From sequence record OQ363659.1: DNA of 64,000 bases; one strand, written 5' to 3'. Positions within the stretch are counted from its first letter, which is position 1; the number at the start of each line of letters is the position of its first letter. This document shows, piece by piece, positions 9,257-18,346 of this stretch. The notes beneath the pieces were generated by a model. That model saw only the letters and a program-made list of their open reading frames with translations, was not told where the DNA came from and searched no databases. The translations under genes and the position numbers were made by a program.

Positions 9257-10426
9257 TTACTCTTCGCCTTTCTTGCGACCAGTAGCAAAGTCAATGGTCT
9301 CTGTCAGGTAATGCAACTCGGTGGAGAGTGCACGAGAGGCCCATTTGTTACCGCTAGTCAGAACAGTACCGAGACGTTGGATAACCATACCGACAACGTT
9401 ACCGATGGTGTTAGTAGCGGTGCTCTCAGATTGAGTCAGCTTACCAGCAATCGATTCCATGTTCGTTACAGCTTTCTCTAGCTTCTGTGACTGAGTCTTG
9501 TCATTGCTATTCCAGTACTCGGCAGTTTCAGTAACCAACGAGTTGATCTGTTTCAATTGATCAGCACCAGGGAATGGCAGACGCTCACCAGTGAACTCTT
9601 TCTTGGTGTTGTATTCGACAACATCAATCTTGAGATACTGTTGGATCTTCTCTACGCCCTGTGGGAACACCGTAGCAGCTGCCGCAGGATCAAACATCAC
9701 CAAACCAAAGTCACCGAGCATTGGAACAGTACGCAGGGTATGTTCTTTATCAGTGGCGTATTCGGGTGCGTAATCTTCGGTAGCGCCTTTAACACCTGGG
9801 AAGTGAATGGAACTACCAATCAGCGCGCCCAGTGCTTTCAGGAATGCTTCTGGTGATTCATCAGTCATGTGTTGAGCAACTAGTTTCTCGGTACCTTCCA
9901 GCACACGAATGAAACCGTTGATGTAATCAGTGATCAGCCAACGTACAAACTTCGATGCGATCTGAGCATGTTCCATTTCATGTCCAACAAACTCACCTGC
10001 GATACACAGTTGGTTTGGATTGAACTTGAAGGTATCTGGGTCAGCTTCGCCTTTCAACAGAGCTGTTTGGTCAGACGACAACGCTTTGATGCGCTTATCG
10101 TTCTTACGACCAACTTCACCAAGACGCTGCATGCCTTGACCAATCTTCTCAATCAACTTACCAATGGTGCGAAGCAGCCATTGGATAATGTTTTTGAGAG
10201 TGATGCCGACTTTCTTGATGCCGGTCACGAGGTCTTTACCAGTTACGCCTTTGCTTTCCGATTGGTCAACTTCAGCGTCCTCCAAGGCGATGCGCATTGC
10301 CATCGCCGTGGGACCAGTAACTACTTCACGACCTTGCATCACTCGCTGAAAGCCTTCCAGCGCCACGTTGTATTGGTGCAGGCGGGCCAGGTCAGCGCCA
10401 ACCTGGGCTAAAGTGATATCGGTCAT
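9257..10426 (-). CDS. Internal head protein, phiKZ gp93/gp162/gp163 paralog family
   Basis: Family N-terminal helix ALE...AMRIALED, A-L-E/S-K-type propeptide, GNQ/GEF core similarity to the neighbouring paralogs. Confidence 0.8.
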   Translation of the reverse strand: MTDITLAQVGADLARLHQYNVALEGFQRVMQGREVVTGPTAMAMRIALEDAEVDQSESKGVTGKDLVTGIKKVGITLKNIIQWLLRTIGKLIEKIGQGMQRLGEVGRKNDKRIKALSSDQTALLKGEADPDTFKFNPNQLCIAGEFVGHEMEHAQIASKFVRWLITDYINGFIRVLEGTEKLVAQHMTDESPEAFLKALGALIGSSIHFPGVKGATEDYAPEYATDKEHTLRTVPMLGDFGLVMFDPAAAATVFPQGVEKIQQYLKIDVVEYNTKKEFTGERLPFPGADQLKQINSLVTETAEYWNSNDKTQSQKLEKAVTNMESIAGKLTQSESTATNTIGNVVGMVIQRLGTVLTSGNKWASRALSTELHYLTETIDFATGRKKGEE

Positions 10427-10435
10427 GATAGTACC

Positions 10436-12193
10436 TTACTGAGTAGAGACTACAGAATCATCTTCGTGGTCTTTGGTTTTGCCATCGGTCTTAGCGGCAG
10501 CGTTGTTTTCACGGATAGCAACTTCGGTAGACGAACCACCTTTGTTAGCTACTTCGTTGTAGAAGCCGATATAGGCTTTGACCAGAGAGGTCAGGTAACC
10601 CATGAAGGCACGATGTTGCATCAGAGCAGCAGTGACTGCGCCTTGACCAACTTTGTTATCGGAACCAACAGTCTTACGCAGTTGCTTCAGAGCGGCCATC
10701 GAAGTGTCTTTACCAATCAGGTTGGCAACGATTCCTTTAACAGCGTTCAGAGAAGCGATAGCGCGTTCTTTCGATGGAATCTTGACGGATTCAACACCGC
10801 CTTCAGCATCACCTACGGAAGCGAAGTCGAACTTCATGAAGGCCTTACCAGCGGAAACGTTTTCCGAGGCGTTGGTGCCATCATTGATGCCGATGAACAT
10901 TGCCTTGTTACCAGGCATTACCGGAGAACGAGTGATGATCGAATAGCTCGACATGCTCGATGGAGCTTCACCCGAGTCAACTTGTTTGAACTGACCGAAG
11001 GTTGCTTCCAGAGCAGCTTGAGCAGCATCTTCGATACGGTCACTACCACCACCAGCGTCTTCTTTCGATACGACTTCAGTCTTACCGGAGCTTGTAGTTA
11101 CGCCGATGAGTTTGATCAGAGCCTGTGGCCATTCGACCAGTAGTTCCTGAGCAGTGCGTTCAACGTTCTTAACGACGTCAACCGAGTCACCGACGAAGTT
11201 ACCGTTGATCATCAGACGACCGCTACCTTTGGAAGTAACTTCCTTACCAGCGTCCAGATCTTTGGCTTGGATAGACTTGATGGTCTTGTCCAGTTCTTCG
11301 ATAAGTTTTGGGGTGTCACGACGGAAGTGGTTCCATGCATCCATGATCATTTCGATCAGACGAGCAATGGCGTTACCAGCGGCAGCGCCCAGTTCTTTCA
11401 GTTTGCCACCGATAGCCGATTCCAGACCTTTAGCTGCAACCAGTTGAGTATCGACTCGACCAATGTCTTCCAGCGAGGCAACAACCGGACGGAAGAACGA
11501 ACGGTCATGGGATTCCAGGGCGATACGAACAGCTTGAGCGAATTCACGGGTTGGCTTCTTACCAGCCTTACGCATACCAACAAGCATGGTCTGGTATTGT
11601 TCCAGTGCAGCTTCGACCTTGTTGATGTTCTCCAGGTCGTTACCAACAGCTTCAGCCTTTTGCAGGGCAGAGTCCGAGCCAACGGTAATACCTTGGTTCT
11701 CGAGATCTTCTACAGCCTGCTCAACGTTCATTACAGAATCGTCGGCTTCTTTTGGTTCGATGTGCTCTGCTTCATTCGCTTCGATAGCGTCTTCTTGAGA
11801 AACAACACCAGTGGTAAGATCTTTCTCACCAGCCGATACAGCGTCAGGAGTCTTGTTAGTAACAGCATCTTCTTCACCTGCGTTACCAGCGTCAGTAGTT
11901 TGCTTAGCCGACACTTTACCAACGTCTTGGGTCTGTGCCTTACCATCCTGAGTGGTGTCTTTCAGTTCTTTGGTCGGGGTATTCGAAACGGAAGCATCTA
12001 CTTCTTCGTTTGGTTTAACCGACTCGGTGATTTCGATCTTGACGTCCTTCTGTACAGGAGCGTCAACGGAAACTTTTTTGTCTTCTACGACGGCTACAGA
12101 TTCCATCGAGGCGAGAAAGCCCATTGCATCTTGAAAACGTTTTTTGACAGCAGGCTTCTTAGCTGCTGGTTTTTTGGTTACTGGCTTAGCCAT
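10436..12193 (-). CDS. Internal head protein paralog with long acidic propeptide
   Basis: Many S/A/G-X-E sites (ASME, SQE, ANE, ALE, SLE, GLE); conserved ALEQY...IALES block. Confidence 0.8.
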   Translation of the reverse strand: MAKPVTKKPAAKKPAVKKRFQDAMGFLASMESVAVVEDKKVSVDAPVQKDVKIEITESVKPNEEVDASVSNTPTKELKDTTQDGKAQTQDVGKVSAKQTTDAGNAGEEDAVTNKTPDAVSAGEKDLTTGVVSQEDAIEANEAEHIEPKEADDSVMNVEQAVEDLENQGITVGSDSALQKAEAVGNDLENINKVEAALEQYQTMLVGMRKAGKKPTREFAQAVRIALESHDRSFFRPVVASLEDIGRVDTQLVAAKGLESAIGGKLKELGAAAGNAIARLIEMIMDAWNHFRRDTPKLIEELDKTIKSIQAKDLDAGKEVTSKGSGRLMINGNFVGDSVDVVKNVERTAQELLVEWPQALIKLIGVTTSSGKTEVVSKEDAGGGSDRIEDAAQAALEATFGQFKQVDSGEAPSSMSSYSIITRSPVMPGNKAMFIGINDGTNASENVSAGKAFMKFDFASVGDAEGGVESVKIPSKERAIASLNAVKGIVANLIGKDTSMAALKQLRKTVGSDNKVGQGAVTAALMQHRAFMGYLTSLVKAYIGFYNEVANKGGSSTEVAIRENNAAAKTDGKTKDHEDDSVVSTQ

Positions 12194-12225
12194 GTGGTGT
12201 TACTCCGCGGATTAAAGTTACATAA

Positions 12226-12248
12226 GGTTGGTACCTGAGGCACCAACC
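12226..12248 (-). terminator. Hairpin followed by TATG, probable terminator plus late promoter
   Basis: GGTTGGTGCC-TCA-GGTACCAACC stem then TTATG upstream of gene 12193. Confidence 0.5.
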
Positions 12249-12253
12249 AAACG

Positions 12254-12535
12254 TTAAAGGGTTTTGAGCATTTGTGGTGTGACGATCTTTGCTGGAATGG
12301 TTTTACGCTTTTCTTGCCAAGCCGCTTTAATGACTCGGTGATAACCATCCAACGTAACCCATTCACCTGTAGGAAGCTGTGTGACAATAATCGGAACACT
12401 GATGTCAGCAGCACGCATGCGTTTGACATCGTAGTCATCATCGATCATCCACGTAACACGCTTGAGATCGAAATCAACAACGGGAGTGTTACGTGTCAGG
12501 TCCAGTAAGGCATCCACACTGTAGGTTTTACCCAT
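12254..12535 (-). CDS. ParB/Srx N-terminal-like domain, probably expressed as a -1 frameshift extension of 12586-13992
   Basis: PIIV...TLDGYHRVIKA motif; no SD near ATG 12535; frame open and protein-like upstream to the slippery site. Confidence 0.7.
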   Translation of the reverse strand: MGKTYSVDALLDLTRNTPVVDFDLKRVTWMIDDDYDVKRMRAADISVPIIVTQLPTGEWVTLDGYHRVIKAAWQEKRKTIPAKIVTPQMLKTL

Positions 12536-12585
12536 GTGCGTAAATGTGCTATCGGGTCCCTCACTGTAAGCTTCGTTAGATGTGG

Positions 12586-13992
12586 TTACTTTCCCTCGGC
12601 ACGGATGTGGGCAGCGATCATGGCATCGGCAATCGCACGACGTGCTTTACATGCACGCATACCGTGTTCTACCAGACCAGCCCAATCGGAGTTCAATACA
12701 GATCGCAGATAGGTAGTCACGATCTGACGTACTTCAGGAACGACCTCAGTTTTCTCCAGATCCACTTGCAGCTGTTCAACTGCATGTTCGATTTTGCCTT
12801 TGACTTCTTCGAGTTCTTCGATGTTCTCGTAGGTCAGCATTGCACGATCCAATACCTTCCAGCAATCATCACGGGAGATGACTTTGAAGTCAGTCGAATC
12901 GGGCTTATCATAGTCACCATCGACCAGTTTGAAACCGCCGCCTTCTACTTCCAGAACCTTGTTAGACGCACCTACCGCAGTAGACAACTTCTTAACAGGA
13001 TCTTTCTCAACAGCTTCTTTGATACGGCCACCAGCTTTGGTATCGGATGCCAGAGCAGACGAGATAGCTTTGATTCGGGTGAGGGTAATAGCTACCCAGT
13101 TCTGAGAGATCGAGCGCAGTTGGCTGTCTTCCCACCGACCAACGCCCTGCCAATCGTTCTCAACCGAGTTGATGTAAGCAGCTTCTGGTACAGAGATCTC
13201 CTTTGGAAGTGGCTCCAGCTTAACCGGTTCAGGCTTACGCTCTTCCTTCTCTACCTTAGGTGCTGGCTTCTCATGGCCGATAGCTTTGATAGCAGCAGCG
13301 GTCTTAGTGCCTTCCGCACCTTCTTGGTCCAGCTTAACCGAACTTGGATTGGACGATTTAGCTACCCCCAACAGGAATTGAGTTTTAGCTTTCTCTTTGG
13401 TGAAGAGCTTCTTGATCTTACCGAAGAACGACTTCAGTTCATTCCAGCGCTTCTTGATCCATTCCCAGAACTTAGCCCAAACTTCTTTAGTCTTACCTTT
13501 CAGCTTAGCCAGTTTGCCAGTGGCTTCTTTCTCAGCTTCTTTGGTATGGCCGATACGCAGTGGACCAGCATCGTCATCGATAGCTTCCAACGAGGTAGTC
13601 AGCTTAGAGAAGAACTTCGGATACATGCTTTTCAGGTCATGTGCGATAACCGATGCAGTCGCAGCTTCCAACCCGTACCGAGTCGAGCCACGCAGAATTT
13701 CCAGGTAAGCTTCAGTCGATGCACAAGCTTCATCCAGACGCTCCATTTGTTTATGGATAGCCTCGCCTTGACGTTTGGAGGCTTCATCAATAGCAGTGAA
13801 GTCTTTACCATCCACTTCTACTTCGTAAGCAGCTTCCGCTACATCGCCTTTACCAGAACCATCATCGGCTACATCTTGCACTTCATTTTTACCCAGCGAA
13901 GAACTGGTTTCTTTTACTTCGACAGGACGGGCAACGCCGTCCTCCGATTCCAGGCTAGCGATCAGCTTGGTGAGTTTAACTTTCTTAGCCAT
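12586..13992 (-). CDS. Internal head protein paralog
   Basis: LIASLESE, YGLE, TSLE protease-type sites; WAKFWEWIKK helix typical of the family. Confidence 0.8.
   Translation of the reverse strand: MAKKVKLTKLIASLESEDGVARPVEVKETSSSLGKNEVQDVADDGSGKGDVAEAAYEVEVDGKDFTAIDEASKRQGEAIHKQMERLDEACASTEAYLEILRGSTRYGLEAATASVIAHDLKSMYPKFFSKLTTSLEAIDDDAGPLRIGHTKEAEKEATGKLAKLKGKTKEVWAKFWEWIKKRWNELKSFFGKIKKLFTKEKAKTQFLLGVAKSSNPSSVKLDQEGAEGTKTAAAIKAIGHEKPAPKVEKEERKPEPVKLEPLPKEISVPEAAYINSVENDWQGVGRWEDSQLRSISQNWVAITLTRIKAISSALASDTKAGGRIKEAVEKDPVKKLSTAVGASNKVLEVEGGGFKLVDGDYDKPDSTDFKVISRDDCWKVLDRAMLTYENIEELEEVKGKIEHAVEQLQVDLEKTEVVPEVRQIVTTYLRSVLNSDWAGLVEHGMRACKARRAIADAMIAAHIRAEGK
12589..12595 (-). other. -1 ribosomal frameshift slippery heptamer G_GGA_AAG
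   Basis: GCC GAG GGA AAG TAA at the end of the internal head gene; identical to the lambda G/GT slippery site; -1 frame open for 111 codons. Confidence 0.7.
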
Positions 13993-14001
13993 GATGATTC
14001 C

Positions 14002-15375
14002 TTACTCGGCTTTGCCAGCGGTGGCAGCGACGTTCTCGTAGAAACCTACGAGTGCTTTAGTGGTGGTGTTGAGGTAGCCCAGATAGCTAACGGAGAAGCC
14101 CAGAGCACACAGTACGTACGAAGACATGAACTTACCGAACGGAGTACCTTCCATAGCGATTTCACTGAGGAAACCACGGAGGTCATTCGCTACAGCGTCA
14201 CGACGGTTACCGATATCCAGCAGGGACTTGGTACGAGTGATACCTTGTGCCAGTTCTTGTGCACTAGGAACTTTCACTTCTTTGGTAGGTTCACTACCTT
14301 CGACGCGTTCCAGTTTAACGGTAAGTGCTGAGCTCAGCTGTGTACTGACGATCTTAGGATCTTTCAGTTTGTCGTTGTGGTAGGTCAGGATAACCTCACG
14401 GCCACCTGGAAGTTCGGTAGTCTTAACGATCGACTTGCCTTCTGGATCACGTTGTACGCCAACAGTCAGAGCTTCAGGCAAGCACTTACCGAAGGTACCA
14501 GCCAGGTCTTTGAACAGACCGTTAACGATACCCAGCCATTCGTCTTCGTCTTCCAGGTTAGTATCTTTGACCTTAGCCTTGGTGCTGCGAACGAGGTCGA
14601 GGATAGCCTGTGGCCATTTGATCATCATACCTTCAGAAGCAGCCAACAGGGCCTGAACGGATTCGCCGTTAGAACCTACGATGTCACCGTTAGCAGTCAG
14701 CGATTTCAAACCACCGTAGTTAATGGCAGCGCCTTCTTTGATGCCACCAGCTTTGATGATCTTCTCAGCAGCTTCCAGACGCTTGGTGAGTTCATCACGG
14801 TTAGTGGACATGAAGTTCCAGGCGTTCATGATACCTTCGATCAGTTTCTTGATCGCTTCAACGATACCTTTACCTACAGCTTTAGCACCGGACTTCAGTT
14901 TGTCCAGGAGTTCCAGCGATACAGTCATACGACCGACTGGTGCATCAAATGATTCCAGAGCCGGAACGGTTTGAGCGAAGAACTGAGCATCATGACGACG
15001 CAGACTGATTTGAATAGCCTTAGCCAACGAGCTAGGGACGGATTCGTTACGGTCTACGTATTTGGTAACTTGACCGATGTGGTGTTCGAGGGCAGCTTTA
15101 CAAGCTTCCATCTTGGTGATGTCTTCACCGACCTGTACGCCTTCATTGATAGCGTTTTGGATAGCTGGGGTAACACCATCTGAGTCACCAGCTTTAACGG
15201 TATCAGCAGCAGTAGCAGCTTCGCCTTTCGAATCGGCTTCAGCAGTCGGTGCTTCTGGGTGATCTTTGGTGGCCGAAGCCGACGCATTGGTTACATCTAC
15301 TTGGCGAGCGACGCCATCGCTATCTTCCAGGCTTGCAAGAATGGAAGTGAGCTTATGGGTTGAGTGCTGTGGCAT
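14002..15375 (-). CDS. Internal head protein paralog
   Basis: ILASLEDS N-terminus nearly identical to the neighbour, ALEHH...ISL block, VSLE site. Confidence 0.8.
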   Translation of the reverse strand: MPQHSTHKLTSILASLEDSDGVARQVDVTNASASATKDHPEAPTAEADSKGEAATAADTVKAGDSDGVTPAIQNAINEGVQVGEDITKMEACKAALEHHIGQVTKYVDRNESVPSSLAKAIQISLRRHDAQFFAQTVPALESFDAPVGRMTVSLELLDKLKSGAKAVGKGIVEAIKKLIEGIMNAWNFMSTNRDELTKRLEAAEKIIKAGGIKEGAAINYGGLKSLTANGDIVGSNGESVQALLAASEGMMIKWPQAILDLVRSTKAKVKDTNLEDEDEWLGIVNGLFKDLAGTFGKCLPEALTVGVQRDPEGKSIVKTTELPGGREVILTYHNDKLKDPKIVSTQLSSALTVKLERVEGSEPTKEVKVPSAQELAQGITRTKSLLDIGNRRDAVANDLRGFLSEIAMEGTPFGKFMSSYVLCALGFSVSYLGYLNTTTKALVGFYENVAATAGKAE

Positions 15376-15385
15376 AGGAACTCCG

Positions 15386-16009
15386 TTAAGGGATCAGACC
15401 TTGATCTTTCAGTTTCTTGATGAGTTGCTCAGCTACCGCCAAGCGTTGTGATAGTAAAGCGTTCTTTTGCTGTTCTTCAGCAAGTCGAGCATAGTCGGTA
15501 GTACGATTAGAAATCGCAGCTTCCCGCTTAGCTTCATTTGTTTCATGTTGCTCTGGAGTAACGACACTCAACAGAGGAACAACACCAATGTTGATTGTAG
15601 GTTCAACACCGATTGTATCCGAAATGACTTTCGCAACTTGAGTCATCAAGAAGTCTAGGGATACCGTAACAGGCAGTGCACCACATGACGCTGACAATAC
15701 AACGTGGTGATACGCTTTCGAATCCAATGAAGGGTAAGCTGTTACGAAAGAAGAGGGGATATAAATTGGTGCATCTGTATCCGACAACAGAGTCAGGATC
15801 ATTACACCATTACGGCGATCGTCATTGTAGACCGATTGGGCAATACCCATCGTACCGTAATAAGTATCAAATACGTTCTCGCCTTTGTTCTCAAGGTCGA
15901 TGAACGTGCGGATTGCACCGAGTGTATAAAGGAGGCCAGGTTTTGTCGAGAAAGGGTTCTTGACTTCCCACCGTCCCTTGATTCCAATTTGCGGGATTAC
16001 GTTAGCCAT
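15386..16009 (-). CDS. Conserved phiKZ-family protein with C-terminal coiled coil
   Basis: 207-aa ORF, AAAGG RBS, TATG upstream. Confidence 0.7.
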   Translation of the reverse strand: MANVIPQIGIKGRWEVKNPFSTKPGLLYTLGAIRTFIDLENKGENVFDTYYGTMGIAQSVYNDDRRNGVMILTLLSDTDAPIYIPSSFVTAYPSLDSKAYHHVVLSASCGALPVTVSLDFLMTQVAKVISDTIGVEPTINIGVVPLLSVVTPEQHETNEAKREAAISNRTTDYARLAEEQQKNALLSQRLAVAEQLIKKLKDQGLIP

Positions 16010-16052
16010 GACGGGGCCTTTGTGAATTAATTGATCATCAGATTGGGCATAA

Positions 16053-16070
16053 AGGAGCCCGAAGGCCCCT
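16053..16070 (-). terminator. Probable terminator (imperfect stem)
   Basis: AGGGGCC-TTCG-GGCTCCT then TTATGCC. Confidence 0.6.
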
Positions 16071-16071
16071 G

Positions 16072-17385
16072 TTATGTAAACTCTTCTACGGACGACTTTG
16101 TAACTACCAGATAGTTCACACGTTGGAACACAGCCGATGCATAAACAACACCGTCTCGAATCATGCGTGAGATACCCAGCGGTACCGAAGTGTAGCGGTC
16201 CATTGTCTCGGCTTCTTTTAGTAACTTAGAGAACAACACCATGAACTCACCGGTAGTGGCCGGATCAACACGATCGAAGTCACCAGTCCCGTTGGTTACC
16301 AACATGTAGTCAGGGAACTTCTTCGAGAACCTTACAACACCTTCACGGTTCTGTGGATTACCTACAACACCGAATGCAATCGACTTGTACGTGTTAGACG
16401 ACAGTTCGTATTGGGCGTTAACCCAAGCAGTGGTATAAGCAGGACCACGAGCAGTCCGACGCAGTAGTACAACTTCAGTCCGTGGATCTACAGTCGGACT
16501 ATAGAAGCCAGAGCCGAGGATACCGGCAGCTACCGAGTACTTGTGCCAGAACGGAGTGATAATGAACTCGGTCTTCTTAAAAAGGTCCGGTAGGATTTCT
16601 TCCCATTCTTCACGAGTGTGCGTAGTGTTAGCCATGATATCTTCAATGATCTTGTCATTGATGAAGTCTTGGTTGTCAGCAGCTACGCCATAGAGCAATG
16701 CCATCCAACGAGCAGGAGTCCGTTGCGAGGTGTTCTTCGGGTTCACGTAATCGTAAGTCATAGACCGCAATTGCGTGTACGGGTATTGTGCACGTTTGGC
16801 TTGGACCTCTTCGAGTTTCTCATCGAGGTTATATGCGTTCAATGCTTGGATAACTACGAGAGGATCTTTAAAGAAGTCATCGTAAGGAATCAGTGGGTGT
16901 ACGACGTCAATGAAATACTCGTCGTATTGACCAGCAAACGATTCATCGGCATACCACAGTTGAACACGGTTAGTCTCCGTGGGAGCAGACATCTCAAACA
17001 CAACGTATTCTGGTAGCCAGATCGTGTTGTTGGTAAGCATCTTACCAGTCGAGAAGGTCTTGAGCAGTGGGCCGAATTCAGCCAACACTAATTGTCGAAC
17101 GACTTGGGGATCAGAAGTGATCGATCCAGCAATAGCACGATCCAACAGATACTTAGACAGCTTGAGGACCAGGTCCTTGGTGGCTGCATCTACATCTGCA
17201 ACAGTTTCGTCCCTTACGCTATGAAAGGAAAAAAACACTGTATTCGGTACTGACGTGCTGGTGTGGGTCGTTACGTCTTTTGCATAGGTGAGACTGTCTT
17301 TCGAAATCTCACCGAATTTTGCAACTTGGTCAGGTACGTTACTGACCATGGAAGGGTATCCAATGAAACCTTTCAAGTTATACAT
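16072..17385 (-). CDS. phiKZ-family virion structural protein
   Basis: 437-aa ORF, GAGG RBS; family assignment by recalled similarity and synteny. Confidence 0.65.
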   Translation of the reverse strand: MYNLKGFIGYPSMVSNVPDQVAKFGEISKDSLTYAKDVTTHTSTSVPNTVFFSFHSVRDETVADVDAATKDLVLKLSKYLLDRAIAGSITSDPQVVRQLVLAEFGPLLKTFSTGKMLTNNTIWLPEYVVFEMSAPTETNRVQLWYADESFAGQYDEYFIDVVHPLIPYDDFFKDPLVVIQALNAYNLDEKLEEVQAKRAQYPYTQLRSMTYDYVNPKNTSQRTPARWMALLYGVAADNQDFINDKIIEDIMANTTHTREEWEEILPDLFKKTEFIITPFWHKYSVAAGILGSGFYSPTVDPRTEVVLLRRTARGPAYTTAWVNAQYELSSNTYKSIAFGVVGNPQNREGVVRFSKKFPDYMLVTNGTGDFDRVDPATTGEFMVLFSKLLKEAETMDRYTSVPLGISRMIRDGVVYASAVFQRVNYLVVTKSSVEEFT

Positions 17386-17583
17386 TTAACGGTCCTCATG
17401 AGCGGGCGATGGTAATCCATCTATAAAATTGATAGCCCCGCTTGTGTTAACGATTAACGTCATGGTAGAGTGGGGAGTTCCCCATGGGAATGTTGTCTAC
17501 CGTTTTGAAAAGCTGTCTTGCGATAGAAACGCCGGAGTGCGTTAACGGGTAGGCGTAGTTTGGAACACTGACTAGAGGTTATC

Positions 17584-17871
17584 ATGGTCATCGTAACTAC
17601 ACAAGCCTTGCTCTCCTTGTGGCCGTTCCTCAAACGCGCGATCTTCGGTGAACGCGAAATCAAAGAGGTTCTGCTGGAAAACCGGCACATCACTTTCATG
17701 TTGTTCTGTATCATGCTTATGCTTGCTACGATCTTCTGGGTGGGTTCCGAGTTGGATGCTGTTAAAGCTGAGAACCGTGTAATCGTTCAGGAACTCAAGG
17801 ACCTCAAGGCTACCTACGAGAAACCTGATTTCGACGCTCGTCGTCGCCGATTAGACGACCTTCTCAAGTAA
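17584..17871 (+). CDS. Single-TM membrane protein with C-terminal coiled coil
   Basis: GAGGT RBS; TM FMLFCIMLMLATIFWVG followed by heptad repeats. Confidence 0.7.
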   Translation: MVIVTTQALLSLWPFLKRAIFGEREIKEVLLENRHITFMLFCIMLMLATIFWVGSELDAVKAENRVIVQELKDLKATYEKPDFDARRRRLDDLLK

Positions 17872-17890
17872 ACTACCAATGGGAGTAACC

Positions 17891-18289
17891 ATGCGTTATG
17901 CTCTATTTTTACTGTTCGTATTGAGCAGCGGTTGTGTCTTAAATCAACCATACAACTTCGTGTATTACACAGAGGTTCATACCAGCAATGTCTCCAGCGT
18001 CTCCAGTACGTCAACTAAAACAATAAAAGAGACACCAGCACCTCCACAAAAGACCGTAGTTATCGAACGAGCGGAACAAGCCACAACTACAACATGTCCG
18101 CCGTTTGTACTGCCGTCAGCTGGGATTCCACCCGCTACTCCTGTATTCGCTAATCTCCCACCAATGACTAAAGCCGGGGATGACGATGTCGTCTTGGCCA
18201 CACACATTAAAGAGATGCGCAAGTACGTGAACAGCGAAAGGTCTAAAATAGAGAAAGCCTATCGCGAGTGGCAGTTGTCCTGCAAGTAA
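17891..18289 (+). CDS. Proline-rich lipoprotein
   Basis: GGGAG RBS; signal peptide MRYALFLLFVLSSG-C lipobox; Pro-rich linker; two further Cys. Confidence 0.75.
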   Translation: MRYALFLLFVLSSGCVLNQPYNFVYYTEVHTSNVSSVSSTSTKTIKETPAPPQKTVVIERAEQATTTTCPPFVLPSAGIPPATPVFANLPPMTKAGDDDVVLATHIKEMRKYVNSERSKIEKAYREWQLSCK

Positions 18290-18346
18290 AAAGACTCGCC
18301 GGATTAATAATCTAGTGTGGTTTTATTTCTTCGTGAGGATGACATA

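Noticed and set aside
12580-14331. 583-aa plus-strand ORF, and similar ones at 27242-29209 and 11267-12238
   Set aside because: Antisense shadows of internal-head and fibre genes.
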